A DNA stretch of 64,000 nt from an uncultured Clostridia bacterium (GTDB lineage: Bacteria > Bacillota > Clostridia > Christensenellales > CAG-314). Positions 19,758 through 30,585 of the stretch are shown here, one piece after another (within the stretch, counting starts at the first letter, position 1; every line of letters starts with the position of its first letter). Location of the stretch: positions 26,567-90,566 of the forward strand of contig CANRHN010000001.1 in assembly GCA_947630425.1 (NCBI GenBank), in the 5' to 3' direction. The translations under genes and the position numbers were made by a program. The notes under the pieces are model-generated. The model made no database searches. It was given only the letters and a program-made list of their open reading frames with translations, and was not told the DNA's origin.

Positions 19758-22250
19758 TTATAAATCCGCATACGGGTCCCAATAAGTCAATTGGTCGCTG
19801 TAAACGCTGATTCTTACCTTCAAACTACCGGACGCGCCTATCGCTACTTTGACATCTCCCTTTTGATACATATCATGCTCGTTTTTCGGGTCCTTTTCCT
19901 CGCAAAGCGTCCAGCCATCGGCAATGAGCGCCTGCTTGTATTCTTCGATAAACGCGTCTCTCGCTTCGCTGCTTGCAAAGTAATCGCTTTCGAAGTAGGC
20001 ATAATTATCCGCATCCCAAGGCTGATATATACCTGTTTTCCAGCCGTTCTCTGTGCCCCAACTGCCGCCTTTGATGTTTTTGGGATGAACGTAAGGAATA
20101 TCGGGGAAGTTCCAATGCGTCATTGCGTCGTAAAGCTCCGGTGAGGCTTCTGCCCAAGTTGTGGGAGTTTCGTCCTCGCTCGCAGAATCGAAATCAAGGT
20201 CGACTGTTGCGGTAGTAAAATCGGAATAGGTAATTTGCACCATTTTGGTGCCAACCGCAGTCAAAACCACCTCGTCAACGGTCACTGAAGCAATGTAGCC
20301 TCCGTCCAGCACAAGCGTAGCGTCTCCGTCCCAATCGGCATAGCTAAGATTTGTGGGCATGTAAAACATGTAATTGACAAAATAGCTTCCCCAAATGCGC
20401 GAAACGTATGTGTTTGCCGTGTTGGTTTCGCCGAAAATCTCCGCAACAAAATCGAATGTCGGATAACGTTTTATCGTGTCGCTTTCCCAAACAGTATCAT
20501 GTGTTTTGTCAATGGTGATAGCGCCGCTTTCAAGGTCAACGGAGTATTCGTAGTATGTCTTGCCGCCGTCCGTTGTGTGAATGCCCTCATGCGCCACAAC
20601 TTTTTCCAGATTTTTTGTAACAACATCGATCGTGTCCGAAAGATAGGTGATGGTGTAGGTCATCTCGGTAAATTTCAACTCGGCTTTATATTGCTTGAGG
20701 TTTGCCATGGCACTTATTGCGGAAGCAATGTCGTCATGGAATTCCTCGTGCGCATAAGGCTGCAAATGCTCAACCTCTGCCGTTCCCTTTTCCGTAAAAC
20801 GCGTCACATATTTCGCTCCGTATTTTTCGGTGACATCGGCCGTTGCCTCGGGGTCGCACACGGGATCTGCCTCCGCGACAAGTTCTACAATCTCGCCGTT
20901 CTCTACCTTAAGGTACAAATTGTCGGGGACGAATGCGTATTCCGCCACTCTGTAAACATCGTGGAATAACGTCAAAACGTCATCGATACTGCCTACAAAG
21001 TGGTAGGTGCTTCCGCCGTCGAAGCTCACCCAATCGTCCGGACCGAAAAGAATTCCGAAAATATTATAGAACATGCTGTCCCAAAGTTCCGCTTCTCCTT
21101 CTTCGTTTTCATATCTGCGCACTTTTACGCTGTTGTGTTCGTCGATGTACTCCGTGCCGATATACCGTCCTGCGTAAGTTACGTATTTTCGAGTAAAAGT
21201 CACCGTGCCGTCGCTACTCTTTTCCTCAATGAAGTAGGCGTCTGTCACATCGGCGGTATACTCGTCGCCGTAGTTTTTATTTTCTTCATAAATGATGGTG
21301 AGTGACGACGTGCCGTTGACAGACGCGTTGTATTCTTCGTCATAGTTGTACTCCGTATATGCAACGTCGAGCTTCACGCCGCCCGTGATTGCTCCGTAAA
21401 CATCATCGTCTATAGCCGTGCCATCGGCAACGTCGTAGACTTGCAATTCAAACGTACTCTTTACTTTCCGGTCGCTTGCAAGCGTGCAGGTGATGGTCGC
21501 TGTACCGGGGGCTTTTGCAAGTAGCAATGCTTCGGGCATAGAGCCATGCACAATGTTTTCCTCGTCCACTGTCACGATTGCAGGATTGGATGACGTCCAA
21601 ACAAACTCACCCTCAAGCCCGTTCAACTTTGCATAAATCGAACGCATATTCATGCGATTTTGCGCACTCATCGGACCATACATAAACAATTCTATGCGCT
21701 CGTCATCCGGAAGTTCGCTGTAGCTTTCGAGTTCGATGACAATGTTGACGTTCTTTGCGGGCATTGTAAAGCTATAATTCCCGTCACTCCCCTCAATCGT
21801 CACGTCGGGCGAAGAGACGGACTGCAAAAATTTCTCGCTATTCGTAACTTCCACAGAGAACTCAACGTTGCTTCCCGCTTCATAGCCATCTTCGTTTATG
21901 CCTTCAATCGTGTAGTCACCTTGTTTAACGGTCACAAAGTATATGCTTGGCGTCTGCGTCTCGAACTTGGCTGTTGCCGTCACGTTGTCTGTGGGTGTGT
22001 AACCCGCGGTCACTTTTGTTTCGCCCACATACCAGCCCGTAAAAGTTTGACCTTGCGGGGCGGTAGGATCTGCTGGAATTTGTTCCGCAGTGAGAGCCTT
22101 ACCCTGCTCAATTTCTACCGTGTCGACGGTGGTTTCGCCGTTTTTGAATGTTATTGTGTAGTTGGCGGGCTGTTCGCAAGCAACCGCAACGACGACAACA
22201 AGCGTCAAAACAAGCACAACCGCAAGCACGGAAATGATTGATTTTTTCAT
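19758..22250 (-). CDS. Surface lipoprotein with InlB-type B-repeat and Big_2-like Ig domain
   Basis: ATG at 22250 follows AAAGGAGGG. Signal peptide and lipobox MKKSIISVLAVVLVLTLVVVVAVAC. TFTGWY-type repeat; Ig-like segment VWTSSNPAIVTVD...GTATITC. Confidence 0.7.
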   Translation of the reverse strand: MKKSIISVLAVVLVLTLVVVVAVACEQPANYTITFKNGETTVDTVEIEQGKALTAEQIPADPTAPQGQTFTGWYVGETKVTAGYTPTDNVTATAKFETQTPSIYFVTVKQGDYTIEGINEDGYEAGSNVEFSVEVTNSEKFLQSVSSPDVTIEGSDGNYSFTMPAKNVNIVIELESYSELPDDERIELFMYGPMSAQNRMNMRSIYAKLNGLEGEFVWTSSNPAIVTVDEENIVHGSMPEALLLAKAPGTATITCTLASDRKVKSTFELQVYDVADGTAIDDDVYGAITGGVKLDVAYTEYNYDEEYNASVNGTSSLTIIYEENKNYGDEYTADVTDAYFIEEKSSDGTVTFTRKYVTYAGRYIGTEYIDEHNSVKVRRYENEEGEAELWDSMFYNIFGILFGPDDWVSFDGGSTYHFVGSIDDVLTLFHDVYRVAEYAFVPDNLYLKVENGEIVELVAEADPVCDPEATADVTEKYGAKYVTRFTEKGTAEVEHLQPYAHEEFHDDIASAISAMANLKQYKAELKFTEMTYTITYLSDTIDVVTKNLEKVVAHEGIHTTDGGKTYYEYSVDLESGAITIDKTHDTVWESDTIKRYPTFDFVAEIFGETNTANTYVSRIWGSYFVNYMFYMPTNLSYADWDGDATLVLDGGYIASVTVDEVVLTAVGTKMVQITYSDFTTATVDLDFDSASEDETPTTWAEASPELYDAMTHWNFPDIPYVHPKNIKGGSWGTENGWKTGIYQPWDADNYAYFESDYFASSEARDAFIEEYKQALIADGWTLCEEKDPKNEHDMYQKGDVKVAIGASGSLKVRISVYSDQLTYWDPYADL

Positions 22251-22681
22251 TGTGTTACCCTCCTTTTTACTTTCTTCTGAAAAAGAAAATAATAAGTAAG
22301 TATACCCCCCCCGTTGCGAATTTGTCAAACATTTTACATTGCAGAATTGCAGAAAATTTTCCGTTTTTGTTCTAAACAATGTAACAAAAAAAACGAAAAA
22401 ATGATTGACGCCCTCAACAACAAAGCCTTGTTGAAATGTGTTGGCTACCGCACACAAAAACGCGCCGAAGGGGCAAAGCAAACAGCCGACGACATTGCGG
22501 CGACATTGCGGAGGGAAAAACACGCCAAAATTCGGGTTGTTCGGCATTGACAAAACACATGGCGATATGTTATATTTAATCAAAACAATTGCGCTTTTTG
22601 CACAATCTCAAATTGCGATTTCTTCAGAGTTGCGTAAAAAAATGTCCTGCCGCACAGAACTCGTGTGGCAAAAGGAGAGTT

Positions 22682-22978
22682 ATGCAAGAGTATACTTACG
22701 AAAAATTTGTGGAAGAACTCAACGGCGGCAAGTTCGATACCGTCCGTTTTCGGCTGGAAGGCTACGGGCACTATTCCAATTGCGTCATCAAGTGCCGCGC
22801 GGAGCAGGGCGCGGCGGTTTTGGTGGAATTTTTGCTCACCGCGGACGGCAAGGAACGAGTAACATACTACAAAGGCTTTCGCGACAACAAAATTTTTCGT
22901 TTCGGGCGCGGTCGCAAAAGCACCCTGCGCGACGTGTGGAAGCTCGTCCGCATAGAAGAAATTGTCCCTCACGCGTAG
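22682..22978 (+). CDS. Hypothetical 98-aa protein
   Basis: ATG at 22682 follows AAAGGAGAG. No recognised domain. Confidence 0.4.
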   Translation: MQEYTYEKFVEELNGGKFDTVRFRLEGYGHYSNCVIKCRAEQGAAVLVEFLLTADGKERVTYYKGFRDNKIFRFGRGRKSTLRDVWKLVRIEEIVPHA

Positions 22979-23271
22979 CTAAGGCTGCCATTTTCGGCGT
23001 TTTGCCCCCCTCAAACGCAAAATCTGTTCATTTTTCGTTTCCTTTACTATTGTCAAAATCGTAAAAATAGTATATAATAGTTGTATTACAGATGTCGGTG
23101 TTGTACGCCGACGCGGATTTTTGTGTTTTGTTCGTTTTACCGCGAAACTTTCAGCGTTCCGTTTGGGGCGCGTAAACCCATTACCGCTGTATAGTTTATT
23201 TTTGTATCTTTGTACCCAAAACAAGTCCGCTCGGCTGCGCAGTCCTGCGGAAAAAATCGAGGAGAAACATT

Positions 23272-25011
23272 TTGACGAACAAAAAAACATTTGTATCATT
23301 GTTATTGGCAGTGATATTTATTACATTAGGTTTGTGTTCGGTGCTGATGTGGTGTCGTCCCGTTGAGGCGCAAGCAGAAGCGCAAACGGTGGATGTTTAT
23401 GCCATAAACGACTTCCATGGAGCAGTAACCAAAATGCCTCGCGTAGCCGGCTATCTTGCCGCGCGCAAGGCGGAAGGTGCGGTTATCATCAACTCGGGCG
23501 ACATGTTCCAAGGCTCTATGGAGTCCAACAGCAATTTCGGAAAGTTGCTGACGGATTGCATGGTGGAAGCAAAGACCGACGCCATGACGCTTGGTAATCA
23601 CGAGTTCGATTGGGGGTTAGACAACCTTCGCGAACTGTCGCAAAACAGCGGCGTACCCTTCCTCGGCGCAAACATATACAATTGGGATCGCAGCAGCGGT
23701 TGGGGCGACTTTGCCGACGACCTTGTGGACGAGTACGTAATTGTGGAATCGGGCGACCTAAAAGTGGGCGTTATCGGTGTTATAGGCGAAAGTCAGATAA
23801 CATCTATCAATGCCCAGCTTGTGCAAACGATTGGCTTTAAGGACCCACTTCCCATCATCAAGGAGCTTGCAACAGAACTGCGCGAAGAAAAGGACTGTGA
23901 TGTTGTGGTTGTAAGCGCGCACGCGGGTTGTCAGGAAATAGTAGGTGAGGAAGAAAACTACAACCAACCCTCCACAACAGCAGAGTTAGAGAACTATGTA
24001 GATGGTATGTTTTGCGCCCACACGCACTCCCAACAAAAGTATGTTGTCAACGGTTTACCATTCTTGCAGGGCAAGAACGAAGGTGCGTACGTTTCGCACA
24101 TTCGTTTCTCAGTAGACAATGGTAATGTGAGCGCGACGACATACGAAAACATTTCTTATAGCAGTCTCGGCAACATTGACGCGACGGCGCAGAGTGGCGT
24201 GCAGACATTGATAGACAATTCCAATGCACTTATAGCCGAGGAACGCAATCAAAAACTCGCCACACTCAGTAGCAGCTTGACCAAGGCAAACCAGATTCCG
24301 CGCCTTGTTTGCCATGCGATAGCCGATTACGTCGGGCAATACGGCGTGACGATAGACCTCGCCATCACCAATGGCGCACGCGAAAATTTGTCAGCCGGGT
24401 CGGTGACATATACCGCATTGTATGAGGCGTTGCCATTTGACAACGTGGTCTACATAGCCAAAGTAACAGGAAAAGAGCTTCTCAAAGAGGCGAGCTATTC
24501 TAATCAAAGTATATGGCGGGTGAGCGGTCGCGCCATCAGCGATAGCAATCAATATTACTACATAGCTGTGATAGATTATCTTTTGTACCACCAAAACGCC
24601 CGACGAAACTACAACTACTTTGCGTCGGCATTTTCCAGCGGACTTGAGCCTATTCCTTTGGTGAAAAAAGGAGTCAAGATATACAATTATCGTTTGATAA
24701 CAAGAGATTTCTTGTTGAAACAAGAAGGCACGCTTGACACCACGCCGTACACCTCAGGCAGCGACATTCACACCAATACGGCTCAATTGTCCTCGGCTGT
24801 GAATTTGCCCGTAGTTCCTTACAATTTTGACGGTTTGGCGGACATGGGTAGCGAAATAACCATTCCCAACCCGAGCGGAGATGCCGATTTGGGTAAAAAC
24901 ACACCTGATTCCACTCTTATGATAGTGCTTATTGTGGTTGGTTCGTTGATTGTCGTGGGCGTGGTCGTGACAGTGATAGTCATCTCGGTTCGACGTAAAA
25001 GGAAGAAATAA
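23272..25011 (+). CDS. Membrane-anchored 5'-nucleotidase / metallophosphoesterase
   Basis: Motifs NDFHG, GDMFQGS and GNHEFDWG, N-terminal signal, C-terminal TM anchor followed by RRKRKK. Confidence 0.8.
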   Translation: MTNKKTFVSLLLAVIFITLGLCSVLMWCRPVEAQAEAQTVDVYAINDFHGAVTKMPRVAGYLAARKAEGAVIINSGDMFQGSMESNSNFGKLLTDCMVEAKTDAMTLGNHEFDWGLDNLRELSQNSGVPFLGANIYNWDRSSGWGDFADDLVDEYVIVESGDLKVGVIGVIGESQITSINAQLVQTIGFKDPLPIIKELATELREEKDCDVVVVSAHAGCQEIVGEEENYNQPSTTAELENYVDGMFCAHTHSQQKYVVNGLPFLQGKNEGAYVSHIRFSVDNGNVSATTYENISYSSLGNIDATAQSGVQTLIDNSNALIAEERNQKLATLSSSLTKANQIPRLVCHAIADYVGQYGVTIDLAITNGARENLSAGSVTYTALYEALPFDNVVYIAKVTGKELLKEASYSNQSIWRVSGRAISDSNQYYYIAVIDYLLYHQNARRNYNYFASAFSSGLEPIPLVKKGVKIYNYRLITRDFLLKQEGTLDTTPYTSGSDIHTNTAQLSSAVNLPVVPYNFDGLADMGSEITIPNPSGDADLGKNTPDSTLMIVLIVVGSLIVVGVVVTVIVISVRRKRKK

Positions 25012-25125
25012 ATTTTGTAAAATCTGATAAATTGTGTTTACAGGGGTTATCGAAAGTTGTAAAATAACAAGTAGATAGCCCTTATTTCTTTACAAGCTAT
25101 AAAAGAAATCAAAAGGAGAGTAAAC

Positions 25126-28100
25126 ATGAAAAGACGTGCGATCATCAGTATACTCATTGTGTTGGCACTGTGCGTCGGAGTGTTTGCCGCTTGCGCAACG
25201 CAGTTTGACGACGACACACTGAAAGTTGCCATCACCAATCTGGAGCGCGACATGCTTTCGACCACGCAAACTCCGCAAAGCTACCCGCTTAGCCGCGTTA
25301 TCGAAAACAGCTACGACGCAAAAGGCAATCTTGCAACAATTTACGTCAAGTGGACCATCGAGGACAGCAATCTGATCACCATCAGCGACGATGGCGACAA
25401 GACGGTTACAGTCAACATTCCCGCAGAGCGTGCCGCAGACATACCGTACAAGCTTCGCGCAACCCTCGTGGACGAAAAGGGCACAGCCTACGAGAAAGCC
25501 GACGGTCAAAATTATACGGCAGTCAGCTCGCGCGTCGCTCCCAAAAGTAACGGCGGCGATGGTGGCGGCGGACAAGGCGGCGGTGGTGGAACAACCACAG
25601 GACAAGGCACGGAAGCCAGCCCGTACACACCTTCGCAAGCCAACGAGGTAGGAGAAGCTCTTGCCTCAAACGCATACACGGCAACGGCAGTGTACGTGCG
25701 CGGTTACGTTGTTGCGCACAACGACTACAACAACAAGGCTACTCCTTTCAAAGGCGAAGAAGGAGATTGGAGATTTTATATTGCCGACGACGTGAACGGC
25801 ACGGGTGCATTTTTCGTCAATTTTGCTACTTCGCAAGTTACCATAACCGAACTGAACCCGGGCGATTTGGTAACGGTATATGGCTACATTGAAAACTTCA
25901 ACGGCGCACAAATGTACGGCAAGACCGATCCCCCCAAGCCCGCAATCACTGCCTACACTGCAGGTAGCGGTGGCGGACAAGGCGGCGGTGGTGGAACAAC
26001 CACAGGACAAGGCACGGAAGCCAGCCCGTACACCGTTGCGGACGCGCTTGCTGTGATACAAGCCTTGCCGCAAGGCGAACAATCTACTCAACTGTCATAC
26101 GTGCAGGGCAAAATAACCGGCGAAATCAAAACCGGTGACCACAACGAATTGTTATTTACCATTACCGACAACGGTACAGGAGACGGCATCACCGTGTGGT
26201 ATGCCCCTGCCGTGCAATGTCAAACGGGCGACACGGTAGTTGTAAAAGGCTATCTTTGGAATTTCTACAACCAAACAACCAGCAGTTCCACTGCGGAAAT
26301 CGCCGATAACAATAGCGGAGTTGGACTTGCAATTGTCAAGGTCAACGGACAAGCTCCCTCCGGCGGCGGTCAAGGCGGCGGTCAAAGTCAATGGTCCGCC
26401 GACATCGGTACATACAATCTTGTGTATTTTGATTGGGATACCGAAGAATACACTTACACCGACACGGTTACAGTAGAAATTCAAGAAAACAGCATCAAAA
26501 TCACAAAAAACGGCAGTTCGCAGACCATCACCGATATCGAATTTTATGCGGACGAGGAGGACTCTCAAGGTTACTACTACGACCTGTTCCTTTTTACATG
26601 GAACAATTTGGAGTGCGAGTTGACCGTATACAATGATGACGGATACTCGGAATTGTATGTGGGAGACATTGAAAACTACGATTTTTATGACAACTACGAG
26701 GAGATTTACGGTGAATATGTTCCGGACGAACCGTCAGACGATTGGTCGGATTATAATGGAACAACCTACAATCTTGTAGACATAGAGGACGCTCAAATTC
26801 CGCTGAAAATAGAGATCGCGGCAGAAGGCGTAACTATCACCTACAACAACGGCGCAGCCGAAACGATTGCCGCTGCCGATGTCACGTTTTATGCAGAACA
26901 AGAGGACGAAGCAGGCGACATCTACGACGAGTTTATGTTCGATTGGGATGAGGACATATACATATTGGAAATTTACCCAAGCGACGGCTTTGTTATAATG
27001 CAAGGTATCCTCTCCGGATATTACTATGTAGAAGAGCAGTATGCCAATGTCGATCCCACACCCAACAACGATTGGAGCGCACATGTGGGCAGCAGCTTTA
27101 CGCTGGTGGCGTATGACTTCGAAAACGAAGAGTACATCACAACGGACAGCGTTACGGTGACGATCAATGCCGACAACATTACTATAACCAAGGGCGAAGA
27201 AACGACCACAATCAACGATATCGCATACTTTGTTGAAGGCGTTTCCTATTTATCAGCCTATGACGAGTTCGACTTTACTTGGAACAACCAAGAATGTGTG
27301 TTGTGCGTTTACGAAGACGATTATGTCGAATTGAGCGTGGGCGCAACTGCTTTTTACGATAGCGGTTACGAAAGTAATCCCGATGTCGGTGGCGGAAATG
27401 ACTTGGACGACGTTGAAAGTGACGGCACTCTTTCCACCGATTGGTCGGATCACTACGGCACTTACAACCTTGTTGCATACGATATTTATTCGGAAGCATA
27501 CGATTACATTCCCGACGACACGGCACAAATAAAAATCGACGCAAGCGGCATTACCATTACGCAAAACGGCAAGACGGGCATTATAACTCCCGAGAACTTG
27601 AAATACTTTGTCGGAGAAACAATTCATTACTCAGACGGGTCTGAAGAAGTGGTTGACTGTTTCTACTTTATGTGGAACGACGAGTTGTGCTACGTGGATT
27701 TTTATGATGACGGCTATGTTGACTTTGCCAACTACGACTATACCTTTGCTTATGACAATGATTACGAGGGCGACATCGGCGGCGGTGACGTCGGCGGGGA
27801 AATTGTTCCCGGCTCAACGGTGACAATTGAATTTTCCGATCAAGGGTACAGCAATGAACAAGAGGTTCAATCGTTTACGGCAGGCGGACTGACGTTTAAG
27901 TTTACGGGCGACGCAACCCCCGCAAAATGGTTTGACAAAGGAACGGCAATTCGAGTTTACGGCGGCGGTTCGATGACTGTTTCCGGCGCAAAGATGACCA
28001 AAATTGAGTTGATCCTCGGTAGCGGGGGCGACTCAAATACAATCACAACAAACGTGGGAACGTACAGCAACCAAGTATGGACGGGTTCTGCCGATTCGGT

Positions 28101-28782
28101 AACGTTTAACGTTGGCGGAACGAGCGGACATCGCCGTATTGCGGGCATCATCGTTACGTTTGACGGCGGCAGCAGCCAAGGCGGCGGTCAAGGCGGTGGC
28201 GGCGACCAAGGCGGCGGCGGTTCCGGCGAGGTAGTTGTTCCGGAAGGCGCGTTGCTGTTCGATTTTGAAAAGAATTTCAGTAGTTACAAAAGCGATTGGG
28301 AGGGTGGAGAAAACACTTATGAAGAAAGAACCATTAGCTCTGCCTCACTCGGCATTCAAAGCACAGTGGAATTTGTGCTTTCAAATGCGGGCGTGCAAAC
28401 AAGCACAATAAGCACCATGCCTGTCCTTGCCAGCAAGGAAGGCGCGCCGCAGTATGTCACTGTAAACGGCAACGGCGCAAAGATAAAGTCCGTGACGTTC
28501 AATTTGAAAGAATGGATACCCGGCGGCGGTTCGACAGCTTACAAGAAGTTTACCAAGGTGCAGATAGAGTATCAAATCGGCGACGGCGCTTGGACGGTAG
28601 TTGACGGCGTAGGTTTCAGCGGTGAGGCGCAACGTATCACCGATCACCAAACGCTGTCCTCCGGAACGCTGCCCGAGGGAGTCACTTCCGTGCGTTTGGT
28701 CTACGTCAGCTACACAGACGCCACAACCAAAGGTAATCAACAAATGGGACTTAAGAGCATAGTTTTGGAACTTGCAGAGTAA
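25126..28782 (+). CDS. Very large repetitive surface lipoprotein (1218 aa)
   Basis: Lipobox LCVGVFAAC. There are two copies of GGGQGGGGGTTTGQGTEASPYT followed by OB-like modules, and four tandem repeats of about 100 aa (W-S-D/A-x-x-G-T-Y-N-L-V-A/Y ...). Confidence 0.7.
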   Translation: MKRRAIISILIVLALCVGVFAACATQFDDDTLKVAITNLERDMLSTTQTPQSYPLSRVIENSYDAKGNLATIYVKWTIEDSNLITISDDGDKTVTVNIPAERAADIPYKLRATLVDEKGTAYEKADGQNYTAVSSRVAPKSNGGDGGGGQGGGGGTTTGQGTEASPYTPSQANEVGEALASNAYTATAVYVRGYVVAHNDYNNKATPFKGEEGDWRFYIADDVNGTGAFFVNFATSQVTITELNPGDLVTVYGYIENFNGAQMYGKTDPPKPAITAYTAGSGGGQGGGGGTTTGQGTEASPYTVADALAVIQALPQGEQSTQLSYVQGKITGEIKTGDHNELLFTITDNGTGDGITVWYAPAVQCQTGDTVVVKGYLWNFYNQTTSSSTAEIADNNSGVGLAIVKVNGQAPSGGGQGGGQSQWSADIGTYNLVYFDWDTEEYTYTDTVTVEIQENSIKITKNGSSQTITDIEFYADEEDSQGYYYDLFLFTWNNLECELTVYNDDGYSELYVGDIENYDFYDNYEEIYGEYVPDEPSDDWSDYNGTTYNLVDIEDAQIPLKIEIAAEGVTITYNNGAAETIAAADVTFYAEQEDEAGDIYDEFMFDWDEDIYILEIYPSDGFVIMQGILSGYYYVEEQYANVDPTPNNDWSAHVGSSFTLVAYDFENEEYITTDSVTVTINADNITITKGEETTTINDIAYFVEGVSYLSAYDEFDFTWNNQECVLCVYEDDYVELSVGATAFYDSGYESNPDVGGGNDLDDVESDGTLSTDWSDHYGTYNLVAYDIYSEAYDYIPDDTAQIKIDASGITITQNGKTGIITPENLKYFVGETIHYSDGSEEVVDCFYFMWNDELCYVDFYDDGYVDFANYDYTFAYDNDYEGDIGGGDVGGEIVPGSTVTIEFSDQGYSNEQEVQSFTAGGLTFKFTGDATPAKWFDKGTAIRVYGGGSMTVSGAKMTKIELILGSGGDSNTITTNVGTYSNQVWTGSADSVTFNVGGTSGHRRIAGIIVTFDGGSSQGGGQGGGGDQGGGGSGEVVVPEGALLFDFEKNFSSYKSDWEGGENTYEERTISSASLGIQSTVEFVLSNAGVQTSTISTMPVLASKEGAPQYVTVNGNGAKIKSVTFNLKEWIPGGGSTAYKKFTKVQIEYQIGDGAWTVVDGVGFSGEAQRITDHQTLSSGTLPEGVTSVRLVYVSYTDATTKGNQQMGLKSIVLELAE

Positions 28783-28801
28783 AGAAATTTTATATAAAAA
28801 G

Positions 28802-28833
28802 CTGTCGCGGAAGCTTTTTCCGCGGCAGTTTTT
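28802..28833 (+). terminator. Intrinsic terminator
   Basis: 11-bp stem CTGTCGCGGAA / TTCCGCGGCAG followed by TTTTT. Confidence 0.75.
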
Positions 28834-28891
28834 GCTTGTAAAAACAAAACAAACGCCAACAAAAAACTCTCACGCAAAGGAGAGTTGTTTT

Positions 28892-29605
28892 TTACCGTTT
28901 CAGTTTTTTCCAAACGGCAAAATTGTCTCGGCGAGCGGAAAGGGGCGTAACGCTGATGTACCCGTTCATAACCGCGTCGGTATCCAGCGACAAATCCGTG
29001 CCGTATTGATACACGCTGTACCCTTCCTGACTGTACAGGTCGTCCTCTATCTTGACAAATTCGTCCGTAAAGTATGCTCCGCCCTGCTTGGTCCACTTGA
29101 TACCATGGCTGCCGAGAGGAACATTTACGTTGAACAAATCCGCGTGTGCAAACAAGTCGCGCTGCACAAAGTACTGCCAAATTTCGTCCAGCTTGGTCTC
29201 CGCCTCGGAAAAATCCGTTGGATCTGTGGAAAAGGCAATGCCGCGACAGTGGCGCAGCGCCGCCTCGTAGACATTTGCGACGGTGCCGCTGTACAGTATG
29301 TCCTCGCCCACGTTGAAGCCCTTGTTTACGCCGGAAAGAATAACGTCGTAATGCGCGTTGAGTCCGAGCGTGCCAAACCGCACTGCGTCCACGGGAGTGG
29401 AATTGACGGAGTAAGCCTCGATGCCGTCGGCAAAAGTCACCTTGCGCACTTGTATGGGGTCGTGAATGTTTATGGCGTGGCTTTTTGCGCTTTGCTGAAC
29501 GCTGGGCGCGCACACGGTCACTTCTCCCAATTTGCGTGCCCAATTTGCCAAAATTTTCAAGCCTTCGGATTGTATTCCGTCGTCATTGCAAACAAGGATT
29601 TTCAT
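28892..29605 (-). CDS. surE: 5'/3'-nucleotidase SurE
   Basis: MKILVCNDDGIQSEGL N-terminus. ATGA overlap with the upstream DHH gene. The track ORF 28892-29827 is over-extended. Confidence 0.9.
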   Translation of the reverse strand: MKILVCNDDGIQSEGLKILANWARKLGEVTVCAPSVQQSAKSHAINIHDPIQVRKVTFADGIEAYSVNSTPVDAVRFGTLGLNAHYDVILSGVNKGFNVGEDILYSGTVANVYEAALRHCRGIAFSTDPTDFSEAETKLDEIWQYFVQRDLFAHADLFNVNVPLGSHGIKWTKQGGAYFTDEFVKIEDDLYSQEGYSVYQYGTDLSLDTDAVMNGYISVTPLSARRDNFAVWKKLKR

Positions 29606-30585
29606 AGCCACCCCTTGTTTTCGGCTTTGTAGTCGGCAACCATTTTGTCTCCGTCGGCTATCATGCGTTTGATGTCCTTTACGTTGTGCAGCGTTGCGCC
29701 GCAGGTAAATTGGTGTCCGCCGCCGCCGTATTTTTCCGCAAGCTCGTTTATCATCATAAAACGACTGCGGAGTCTCACTCTGATGTCGCCGTTGGGCATG
29801 TCTATAAAAGCCAATTGGGCAATGCACCCCTTGATGAACTTAAGATAGCTTATGGCTTCGCTTGCCTGTTCGGTGGTAAGGGCAAATTTCCGTTGCATTT
29901 TTTTGTCTACATGCAGGTATACAAGCCCGTTTGACGTGACTTTCATGTGTTCCAACACGTAAGCCTGAAATTTGAGTTGAGAGTAGTCCTCCAAGTAAAG
30001 ATGAGCGTACAGAGTGTCGATATCCACGCCGAAGTCCAACAACATTCCGCCAAGGCGCAGAGTGTCGCCGTTGGTCGCCTCGTAACGGAAACGTCCGCTG
30101 TCCGTCACCAATCCGCAGTAGAGGTAAGTGGCGGCTTCCTTGTCAAGCTTCAGCACGTCCTTGAAGGTTTCGTAAAAGAAAGCAATCATTTCGCAACAGG
30201 ACGAACGCCGATCTTCCACCCAACTGATGTCTCCGTAGTGTTTGATGTCGATGTGGTGGTCTATCTTGACGACTTCTTTTGCCAAATCTATACGACTGTT
30301 GCTTACCCGATCGACAGTCGCGGTGTCCGTCACTATCAACAGCGCGTTTTCGTACTCCGCGTCCGAAATGGTCTCGTCATCGGGACCGAGAAAGGACAGG
30401 TAGTCGCTTTTGTCCTCTGTCTGAACATATATTTTTTTGTCGGGGAAGCTCAGCCTGAGCATTGCCGCAAGTCCGCGTGACGAACCGATTGCGTCGCCGT
30501 CGGGACGCACGTGACGGGTGATTATTATTTTGTCATACTCAACAATTTTATCGAGTATTTTTTGCATTGTCTCTTTTTGCGTCAT
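29602..30585 (-). CDS. DHH-family phosphoesterase (NrnA-like)
   Basis: Motifs HVRPDGDAIGS, DHH (KIDHHID) and GGGH. GAGGAGAA RBS before the ATG at 30585. Confidence 0.8.
   Translation of the reverse strand: MTQKETMQKILDKIVEYDKIIITRHVRPDGDAIGSSRGLAAMLRLSFPDKKIYVQTEDKSDYLSFLGPDDETISDAEYENALLIVTDTATVDRVSNSRIDLAKEVVKIDHHIDIKHYGDISWVEDRRSSCCEMIAFFYETFKDVLKLDKEAATYLYCGLVTDSGRFRYEATNGDTLRLGGMLLDFGVDIDTLYAHLYLEDYSQLKFQAYVLEHMKVTSNGLVYLHVDKKMQRKFALTTEQASEAISYLKFIKGCIAQLAFIDMPNGDIRVRLRSRFMMINELAEKYGGGGHQFTCGATLHNVKDIKRMIADGDKMVADYKAENKGWL

Noticed and set aside
19180-19785. ORFs 19180-19464 and 19564-19785, which both begin MWADIRPYVATEREQ.
   Set aside because: They are read-through translations of the tandem non-coding tRNA-trailer repeat. 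They have no RBS, start inside the tRNA CCA end, and diverge as soon as the repeat ends.
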